DNA of 64,000 nt from Deltaproteobacteria bacterium. GTDB lineage: Bacteria; Desulfobacterota; RBG-13-43-22. Below, in pieces: positions 54,395-62,005 of the stretch. The notes under the pieces are model-generated. The model worked only from the letters and a program-made list of their open reading frames with translations, did no database searches and had not been told where the DNA came from. The position numbers were made by a program, and so were the translations under genes. The stretch is from the NCBI GenBank assembly GCA_016208255.1, contig JACQYK010000085.1, positions 102,996 to 166,995 on the forward strand, written 5' to 3'. Numbering within the stretch: position 1 is the first letter of the stretch; each line of letters starts with the position of its first letter.

Positions 54395-55373
54395 CGCCGG
54401 ACCTCTTGCCCGATAGGCTCAGAACCGACACTTCCTGTTTTTGAGCTACACCTTTCAGACTAAGTTCTCTCTTGGAGAGAACACTTCCAAAGCGGTTTGT
54501 CGACAGAGAACTCATAGCAGTGCTAGAAAGGAGGATTTCGCCAAGACCAGCGGCGTCAGCAAGTCGCGCAGCAATCACAACCGCTTTTCCAAAAACGTCC
54601 TCGCCGTAGGGTGTGCGCCGAATTGAGACTGGCCCAAAGTGGATACCGAATCTGATCTGGATTGTAGGTGCCTTCGGAATTGCGTCGTCTAAACGTGTCT
54701 TGCCAAGGTCAAAGGCGAAGGCCACAGCGTCGTCCGAGGTACTGAAAACTGCCAAGAAACTATCGCCCAGAAACTTGAGCAAGTCTCCTTCGTGTTTTCT
54801 CACTATGCCGTCTACTCGGACAAAATAGTGTTTGAGAAACTGTCCGAAATCGAGTTCACCCAATGTCCGCATCATCGCCGACGAACCCACAATATCACCG
54901 AAAACGATAGCTGAGATCCGCTCTTGTGCAACACCAGGTTCTGCTTTCCGTTTTCCTCGCCTCTGGCCTTCCCGCTGTGGCAAAACATCCTTCAGCGCTC
55001 TTGATAACTCCTCTCTCAAGCCAATTTCCCCTCTACCAGAGAAGATTATTCGGTGTGCAGCTAGGTCGACCGGAACATCCTGAGGATTTTCGGCCAAAAG
55101 CAAGGTGTTCTTGCCCAAGGCGTGAGCATAGCCTAACTCATACCAGACGTTCGGGTTCGCCTGTGAGATGTCGGCGATAACCACGTCTGCCTTGGCTATC
55201 CTGAAATAAATCTCTTGGAGTATGCTCCCTGCGAATGCAAGCTCATCCGCGCGCTCGCAGACAGCACCCGCCGAATGGCAGGCTGGCTTGATTACGAGCT
55301 GATACTTCTCGTCACTTTTCCTTCCTAGTGGCATTGAAACAAAGACCGAGGGCATAGGTCGGGATGGTTTCAT
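54387..55373 (-). CDS. Fusion protein: nucleoside 2-deoxyribosyltransferase/TIR-like N-terminal domain + class III nucleotidyl cyclase domain
   Basis: N-terminus: ..VFVSMP..(n)..ADVVIADISQANPNVWYELGYAHALGKNTLLL... C-terminus: ..AIVFGDIVGSSAMM.., ..LKFLGDSFLAVF.., ..IRFGIHFGPV.., ..GKAVVIAARL... SD GAAGGAA upstream; 8-nt overlap with the next gene. Confidence 0.65.
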   Translation of the reverse strand: MKPSRPMPSVFVSMPLGRKSDEKYQLVIKPACHSAGAVCERADELAFAGSILQEIYFRIAKADVVIADISQANPNVWYELGYAHALGKNTLLLAENPQDVPVDLAAHRIIFSGRGEIGLREELSRALKDVLPQREGQRRGKRKAEPGVAQERISAIVFGDIVGSSAMMRTLGELDFGQFLKHYFVRVDGIVRKHEGDLLKFLGDSFLAVFSTSDDAVAFAFDLGKTRLDDAIPKAPTIQIRFGIHFGPVSIRRTPYGEDVFGKAVVIAARLADAAGLGEILLSSTAMSSLSTNRFGSVLSKRELSLKGVAQKQEVSVLSLSGKRSGDE

Positions 55374-55817
55374 TTCATCATTCCTTCATGTATAAAACTT
55401 AGGGGCTGGGCAATGATGACCGAAAGCCTATTCAAGAGGCAGTAAATATCGATAAAAATATGGCTTTCCGAAAGTGGCACGGCTTTGCCCGGTCCCTCTC
55501 CAGCGACAGGTTAGCTTTAGTCTTCTTCCAGATAGGTATCGCGTACCGAACCGAGTTTTGTTTGACCTTTGACAGAATTACCATCGCCATCGAACACCGT
55601 GACTTCAAAACCTGGGTAAGATTGAGCGAACCGTACCTTTTTCCATTCATTCACCGTCATGTCATTTTTTGCAGCCTTGTTGTAAGAATACTGCGGTATT
55701 CCTTCTTTATCGCCGTGGACGTCTTTGCCGTTTTGTAGAAACTTACGTCAAATCCTTCCGTGTCCCATATTTATTTCTCGACATTCTTTAGTTTCGGTAA
55801 TTTTTCTCTCCTTTTGA

Positions 55818-55900
55818 AAGCCAACAAGTTATTCTATAGTTTCTGCATAACTCCACAGCCAGGAAAATTTCTCTTTGCCTCTATAAAATGACAACCCGGA
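55818..55900 (-). repeat. ~85-bp promoter-like repeat D2
   Basis: gttattctatagtttctgcataactccaca..tctataaaatgacaacccgga, collinear with D1. It ends at an AAGGAGAG SD-like element. Confidence 0.8.
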
Positions 55901-55904
55901 CTGT

Positions 55905-56768
55905 CTATCCTGCCCGGGAATCCACATCATCATGATTTGTTTCCACACTAAACTGTTTATTAGAAAAGATTAGTGTGTCTACATCGGAGAAGAAGGAGAG
56001 CGCATTTTCGTCTGAAACAGTTGTGTCTCCAGGGTGAGCGCACGTATTTCTCAAAGTGAAACAAATTCCCAGGCGTTCATGCTGGTTTCCATCTATGACA
56101 CCCAAAAACTCAAGTATCCATAATAAGTCCCCATCAAATATGGACATTTGTAGCTCGCTTAAATTATGCACCTCAAATTTCTTATTAAAGCGTTTGTAAC
56201 GGCCAGTTTGTATAGCTGACATTTGCAGCGAAGCTTGATTGAATCTTGTAAAGCCCTCCTTTTGGATATACAAATGAAGGCGATTTATCGCTGCACACCA
56301 ACCCAAGATAATTGCAGCTCTGCGCTTACCGAGTCGGGCACAGTCAATAGCCTCAGTTAGATAATCGTTTTCAAGGCCAGTTGTATGGTTTAGAATTGTA
56401 TCGAGATTCGGGAATTTAGATAATATTCCTTGGTATTTCTGAACAGGCACCAGAAGGTTAATATGAAATGATCGTAAAATGGCATCGAAAATTGTCTGTA
56501 CGACTCTTTTGGAGGGTTTCCCCCCCGATAGTTCTAAGAGTTTTCCAAATTGTTCTCGATATATTAGAATAACATCCTCGTCCAGATTGAAAGAGGATCT
56601 TAGTAATGGCTCAAGATGTTCAAACCATTTCGTAGATAAGTTCTCGATTTGGTTTAGAAGTGTTCTGTTTTGTAATTGTTTCCCTGTTACTCTCTCTGAT
56701 TTTCTTAACGTAATTCCGCATTCTTTCTTAAACTCTTTAAGAACCGCTATAAAATTCTCTTTATCCAT
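55905..56768 (-). CDS. HEPN-like (Rx4H) Abi-type protein
   Basis: 287 aa. C-terminal ..FTLRNTCAHPGDTTVSDENALSFF.. (R-x4-H) preceded by an ..AAIILGWCAAINRLHLYI.. helix. AT-rich. Confidence 0.5.
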   Translation of the reverse strand: MDKENFIAVLKEFKKECGITLRKSERVTGKQLQNRTLLNQIENLSTKWFEHLEPLLRSSFNLDEDVILIYREQFGKLLELSGGKPSKRVVQTIFDAILRSFHINLLVPVQKYQGILSKFPNLDTILNHTTGLENDYLTEAIDCARLGKRRAAIILGWCAAINRLHLYIQKEGFTRFNQASLQMSAIQTGRYKRFNKKFEVHNLSELQMSIFDGDLLWILEFLGVIDGNQHERLGICFTLRNTCAHPGDTTVSDENALSFFSDVDTLIFSNKQFSVETNHDDVDSRAG

Positions 56769-56769
56769 T

Positions 56770-57354
56770 TTAGCTTTTCATTTCTTCTAATAAATCAGCG
56801 AGATCAGATTTACCATCCGGAGAAAGTATCAAAGGTTTGTCGCTTGATACTTCTTTAAAGAACTTTTCATTAAGTTTGAGATTCTTCATGAAATTAGGAC
56901 TGTCATAGCATTTATGTTCACCGCATTGCTTGCGTAATTCTTCTATGTCGACCTGAAACTGCCCAGTGGAAATGGCATTTTGCAGTGCCATTAAGAGAGC
57001 AAGAGAAATTTGAGCTTTCGCCTTTTTTGTTGTCTTTAAATTGTAAATTGGACGAATCTCCGTGCCTTCAATTAAAAACAATTTCCAAAGAAGTGAATCC
57101 TCAATGCCATATTGACTGAGAAATGCTTTTACATCCATTGGAAGTCTGAACTGTTTATGTTTAATTGGTGGCGTCTGGTGAGTTTGGTCATCAGTTGGTG
57201 GAGGCACCAGTTTATTAGTTGGCTCAGTTGCTTGCAAAGAATGTTGCAGCAAAAGTTCAAAACATTTTTGTCTAAATTCTTCTGGGACAGTTTTGCAAAG
57301 CTCAACAATTTTTTTCAACCCTTCGACTGTAATCATTGATCCATGTACCTCCAT
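56770..57354 (-). CDS. Hypothetical protein, tightly coupled upstream partner of the HEPN-like gene
   Basis: 194 aa. The TAA stop is 1 nt from the downstream ATG. The alternative ATG at 57336 follows GGAGGT. No recognised motif. Confidence 0.45.
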   Translation of the reverse strand: MEVHGSMITVEGLKKIVELCKTVPEEFRQKCFELLLQHSLQATEPTNKLVPPPTDDQTHQTPPIKHKQFRLPMDVKAFLSQYGIEDSLLWKLFLIEGTEIRPIYNLKTTKKAKAQISLALLMALQNAISTGQFQVDIEELRKQCGEHKCYDSPNFMKNLKLNEKFFKEVSSDKPLILSPDGKSDLADLLEEMKS

Positions 57355-57394
57355 GTTGTATTATTTTAGGATCACGTTAAGGCCCAAACTGTAG

Positions 57395-57415
57395 TAAAAT
57401 AGGGACAGCGCCCGG
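57395..57415. repeat. X' half of the split 52-bp unit (reverse complement of 14316-14336)
   Basis: taaaatagggacagcgcccgg, an exact 21-nt match. Confidence 0.85.
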
Positions 57416-57673
57416 TTATTTTCCCAATTTGAAATATATAAAGGAAACTCTGCAACTCTAAAAGAAAAAGGGTTTTAGCCTTCATAATAAATAAATGAAA
57501 ATGTGTAGACAGAGATAAGAGGTGTTTGTTTGGGTGGATCTTTTGAGATATGGAACTGGGCCATGAATCTCCTTAAGATCTTAAAGAGGTTTTTGTAAGA
57601 TTGAAATTCTTTGTAAAAATTAACAAAACCGATTCATTTGTCAAGGATATTGTTTTCAAAAGTATTTTAGTAC

Positions 57674-57702
57674 TTGACGAATGTTAGCAAACTTGCTAAC
57701 AT
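57674..57702 (+). promoter_or_regulatory. higBA promoter candidate with embedded palindromic operator
   Basis: TTGACG (57674-57679), a 17-nt spacer, then TAACAT (57697-57702). The palindrome ATGTTAGCAA-ac-TTGCTAACAT (57681-57702) overlaps it. The ATG at 57709 would be at or near the transcription start. Confidence 0.5.
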
Positions 57703-57708
57703 ATTTCC

Positions 57709-58031
57709 ATGAATTATGCGATAGAATATTTCCATTCTCGTGTCAAAGCAGAGATCGAAAGATGGCCGGATGATTTATTGGCTGATTATGCGCGGATAGT
57801 GGAATTATTAATCGATTCGGGCCAAATTTGTGAATGCCGCACTCCCGGGCCCTGGGTGGCGGCCTTTTCGAGTTAAGGCCTCGATGGCGGGGGGGTATTG
57901 GACGGGCATTTTACTGTTTTATCATTGGTCAGCGTGTCGTGATCCTTCACGCCTTCTTAAAAAAAACACAAGATACTCCGGATCAAGAATTAAGAATTGC
58001 CCGGAGAAGAATGAAAGAGGTACAGAAATGA
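57709..58031 (+). pseudogene. higB: HigB/Gp49-family (RelE/ParE superfamily) toxin, frameshifted with an in-frame TGA
   Basis: N-terminal MNYAIEYFHSRVKAEIERWPDDLLADYARIVELL.. is in frame 1. The conserved ..GPNL-TGA-MPHSRALGGGLFELR..VILHAFLKKTQDTP.. is in frame 3. Confidence 0.6.
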
Positions 58032-58387
58032 AAGACTTAAAATATCAACCTGTTTCCCATGATCATACGTCCTTCCTAAAAGAAGCACTTAAGCGGAAAG
58101 GATTCAGGAGAGTCTACGAGGAATTGGAGGAAGAGTATGCCCTTACCCGGGAGATGCTTTCCGCACGCACCAGATTCGGCCTGACACAGGAAGCTGTTGC
58201 GGAGCTGATGGGAACGACCAAAAGTGCGATTTCACGTTTGGAAGCAGCTGACAAACATGCGCCATCCCTCACCACACTCAAGAAATATGCTCAGGCTGTC
58301 GGCTGTCGCCTTGAAATCAAGCTGGTTCCAAACTCCCCCTTAATCAAACGCAAAACGCGGACCGTAAAAAAACAGGCTATCGGTTAG
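58028..58387 (+). CDS. higA: HigA-type XRE-family antitoxin
   Basis: ..GLTQEAVAELMGTTKSAISRLEA.. HTH. ATGA overlap with the toxin stop. Confidence 0.75.
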   Translation: MKDLKYQPVSHDHTSFLKEALKRKGFRRVYEELEEEYALTREMLSARTRFGLTQEAVAELMGTTKSAISRLEAADKHAPSLTTLKKYAQAVGCRLEIKLVPNSPLIKRKTRTVKKQAIG

Positions 58388-58544
58388 CCTTCAGAAAAGG
58401 GAAGACGACAAACTGAGGAGGGTTTTGATCTCGGTTGCTATTAAAGAATCATCGGCGAAGGCTGTTTGATTGTAATAAATGGGAGGCCCCTTTGTTTACG
58501 GGCAGGCTTGTTGACGGCTCTGACGATTTTTTACTGCGCCGTCA

Positions 58545-61500
58545 TTATTTGATTTCGTATTCCTTTTGCAAAGCCGTAAAATAAAGGAAAAGACGGATGA
58601 GGGCCGGGTCGAGGGAACGGGCGTGGCCCAGCATTTCCCGGTAGGCCAGCAGTTGTTTCCGATATAAAACATCCTGCTCCTGTAAAAAGGTTTCCACCGC
58701 CATCCCTTCCGGCAGCGGGGTGGTTTTATAATCCACCACAAACCACTCCCGACCGTTAAAAACGATGCGGTCGATCACCCCGCTGCGCAGCGTGTGTTCA
58801 TCCACCTGATCTTCCAGGGCCCATTCGCAGGCGGAAAAAGGATGGTCTGTGCGGAGCATGGCGGCACAGAATGGTTCTTGTCGACAGGCCTCCACTTCCG
58901 CCAATATTTGGGGGGCCATTTCCTGGGCCGCTTCTTGAACTACGCCCTCGGCCGTCAGCGCCCGGACCACAGCCTTTCCCGTGGGAAGGCCCTTTCCCAT
59001 CCCCAGGTGTTCCAGTATTCGATGGATAACCGTGCCTCTGGCCATTCCATAAGGCCCTTTAAATTCTTCCTGCAGGAAAATGGCCGTCCGGTCCGCTTCC
59101 TCGGGAAACAGGTCCTCTTCCTGGAGTCCCGAAGGAAGGATCATTCGGTAGGGAACCGGTTCCGATTCAAAGGGCAGGGGGAGGATTTCTTCCATATTTA
59201 GCGGTGGGATGATTTCTTTTTGCTCCTCCGGCCCCAGGGGGTCATAATGGATTTCCAAAAATTTTTCTTTCCCGGGGTGGTTTAAGAGATACTCCAGCAG
59301 AGATTGTTTCGGGGCCTTTTCTTCCTCTTCCTTCCTGGAGTAAAGACCACTCAGGAAAAGGTTCTCTTTGGCCCTGGTCAGGGCCACATAATAAAGCCGC
59401 TTGGCCTCTCCCAGACCGCGTTCCTTTTTTAAGTCCTTCAACAATCCTAAAACTCCCGGATCATTTTGGGTCCGGCGATCCGGTTTCAAAGCGATCAGGT
59501 GTTCTTCCCTGTCTCCCGGCAACCGCTCTAAAAGATAGGGAAGATCCTCTCTTTGACTCCCTTCCAGGGGATTGCGGTCCAGGTGGGGGAGGAAGACGGT
59601 GTCAAATTCCAGGCCTTTGGCATGATGGACGGTCATAATCGCAACTTGGGAACGAGAGGCCAATGGGTCGGGCGGGGCATAGGCTGTAGCCAGAAGAAAT
59701 TCCAGGCTGGACAGGGTTTCTTCCGGCAGGCCTTTTTCGGCCAGAAATAGAAGCTGTAAAAATTGACGGCAGTTTCGAACCCCGGACAAACCGTAACGCT
59801 CAGCCACCGTCTTCGGGCCTGATAATTCTTCCCAGATTTTTTGCACCACCCGATGCAGGGGGAGACGGCCGACCTGGTTCTGATAACTTTCCAAAACCTG
59901 TCCCAGATTTTTCACCGACGGCTGGGCCTGGGGCATTTGAGAAAAGACCATGATTTTTTCGGCAAAGGAGGCCATTGGAATTTGCGAGATTTGAAGCAGA
60001 TCGTCCAATCCAATCCAACACCAGGCCGAACGGACCAATGAGGCCCAGGCCAGATCATCCTGGGGGCGAACCAAAGACCGGGTCAGGGAAAGGAGATCCT
60101 GAACCTCCGGCCGGGCCTCAAGATTAAGACCTTCCTGGACCTGGACCTGTATTCCCTGTTCATAAAGGGCCTTGAGGTAAAGGGGCAGATGGGTCCGGGC
60201 GAATAGGAGAATACCTATGGACCCGGAGCGGGGATCCTGGGAGGTCCGGCTTACCGCTCCGGCTAACCAGTCGGCTTCTTTGAGCCGAGACCCATGGGCA
60301 TCCTCTTCTTTACTAAAGAGGGCCAGCTTGATGGTCCCGGGGTCTCTGGTTAACATTTCCGGGGACGGTTGAGCTTTCAGGAAAGGGACCTCATCGGCTT
60401 CCAGGTTGGGCCGGGCCATAACAGTTTTGGAGAAAAGATCGTTGGTGAAATCGATCAGGTTTTTGCGAGACCGGAAATTGGTGCTGATATAAAGAGGTTT
60501 CAAAGGCAAGAGGCCCTGACCCGGCAGGGGAAGGCCGCTTCGGGCCTTCATGAAAAGGGAGACCTCGGCCTTGGGTTCCATCCGGCGCAGAGGTATTGGA
60601 TAAGCAGCCACTGGTTCAGACTGGTGTCCTGAAATTCATCCACCAGGATATGGTTGATTCGCTGGTCGAGAATGAGCTGCAGATCCGTGGGGGCTTCATC
60701 GCTGCCCAGGACCCGCAGGGCGGCCTGTTCCAGTTCGACAAAGTCGATGACCCCGCGAATCCGGCATAACCCGCGATAATGATCCACCACCTGATTGATC
60801 AGAAGGATCAAATCAAAAAGCAAACCCACGTCAACCGGTGATGTTTCCGGTAGAGGAAATGATTTGACCTTGTGCAGCCGTTCCAGGACCGGTTGAGTCA
60901 GAGATTCCAGATATTCCGCCCAGGGGGTGTTCTTAAATCCGGAATAAAAACCGATTTTCGGACCGAATTGTTTCCGGGCTGTGCCGCTTTTGGTAGTACA
61001 TATCTCGGCAATTCCCTGCCAGGCCGGAAGATCCGCCCAGCCGCACCCGGGTAAAAGACCGGGCATTTGCCCGGATACAGCCGCCCCCTTGAGGACCAGA
61101 TGATCATAGAAAAGGGCCCAGTGCCGCCCGAGGTCGGTGGATTCCAGGTGGGCCTTTAAGGCCTGCAGCTGAAGGCCGATTAAAAACCCTAAACGGTCTC
61201 TTAACAGCAGATCCAGATGAGCCGGGTCGGGTTGTCCCTTGACCACCTTCAACAGATCCGAAAGAAGGTCTCTTTGAGCGGTTAATTGAGCCAGATCGGA
61301 GGAAAGGGCCCGCCAGTCGTTATTGAAATAAAGCAGAATTCTTTCCAGCGCTTTTCGGTTGGGATCCGGGGGGGGTAAGGCCATCAGGATCTGCTGGGTG
61401 CGGCAGAGAGATTCCCGGATCAGTTCGTCCTGTTCCTCCTCGGTTAGGATGGCGGCTTCCAGAGGGCCCTGGGCCTCGACCGGGGCCTGTTTGATGATTT

Positions 61501-61873
61501 GATTGCAGAAGCTGTGAAAGGTCGTGATTTGTAGACCGTCGGAACCCAGGATAAGATGTTGGTGGGCCCTATGTTTTTTTAAGGCCTTTCTGGCGATGGT
61601 AAAGAGTTCATTCATCCAGGCCGAATCAGGAGCTGTCTCCTGCCTGGCCTGAAGAAGGAGGGTCTGGATCCTTTCCTGCATTTCATTGGCCGCTTTATTG
61701 GTAAAAGTCAAGGCCAGGATTTCCCGGGGATGGTTAACTTGAGCCAACAAGTGGATAAAACGGGCGGTCAACAAAGAAGTCTTCCCCGCCCCGGCCGGAG
61801 ATTCCACGTGGAAGCTTGCTTGAGGAGAGAGGGCGGCTTTTCGTATTTCAAGGTCTTTTAGTGTCTCAGACAT
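58545..61873 (-). pseudogene. addA: AddA-like UvrD/Rep helicase-nuclease, frame broken at about 60550-60610 with loss of helicase motif III region
   Basis: ESPAGAGKTSLL (motif I) and ILVDEFQDTS (motif II) are in the 60548-61879 ORF. ..STNFRS.., ..VHHAKGLEF.., ..YVALTRAK.. and the nuclease ..VIDRIVF..VVDYKT.. are in the 58545-60611 ORF. The expected VGD..QSIY.FR segment is absent. Confidence 0.7.
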
Positions 61874-61902
61874 TGTCAATCCATAACCCGAAAAATTTAT
61901 CC

Positions 61903-61972
61903 GTTACTGGTTACTCGTTACTCGTTATAACCAGCAACCAGCAACCAGTAACCAGTAACGAGCAATGAGTAT
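61903..61972. repeat. Ten-unit heptamer array, two opposed blocks (GTTAYWN x4, CSAGYAA x6)
   Basis: gttactg gttactc gttactc gttataa ccagcaa ccagcaa ccagtaa ccagtaa cgagcaa tgagtat. gttactggttac (61903-61914) is exactly complementary to gtaaccagtaac (61948-61959). Confidence 0.85.
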
Positions 61973-62005
61973 CAAATGCCAAGTTTAGCTTCCAGCTATG
62001 AGCTA

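Noticed and set aside
50732-55900. Integron-cassette interpretation of the island (D1/D2 or the 20-bp inverted repeat as attC sites)
   Set aside because: The repeats lack the RYYYAAC / GTTRRRY core sites. The 20-bp repeats are in opposite orientation rather than in tandem orientation. D1 and D2 lie 5' of genes and look like promoters. No intI integrase is in the window.
57583-57596. 14-bp perfect palindrome cttaagatcttaag in the spacer upstream of higBA
   Set aside because: An isolated short palindrome in AT-rich DNA. There is no second copy and no positional relation to a promoter that I could establish.
21910-57833. Genetic-code reassignment (TGA or TAG as sense) as a single explanation for the in-frame stops in the ligase, higB, the small ORF at 55748 and the nuclease-like gene
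   Set aside because: All three stop codons are involved, and each also terminates many well-supported genes here (for example TGA at 13363 and 20528, TAG at 24178, TAA at 873). Frameshifts accompany several of the lesions.
61903-61972. Possibility that the heptamer arrays are a CRISPR array or minisatellite-encoded peptide
   Set aside because: The units are 7 nt, contiguous and have no spacers. There are no cas genes, and the arrays are too short and degenerate.
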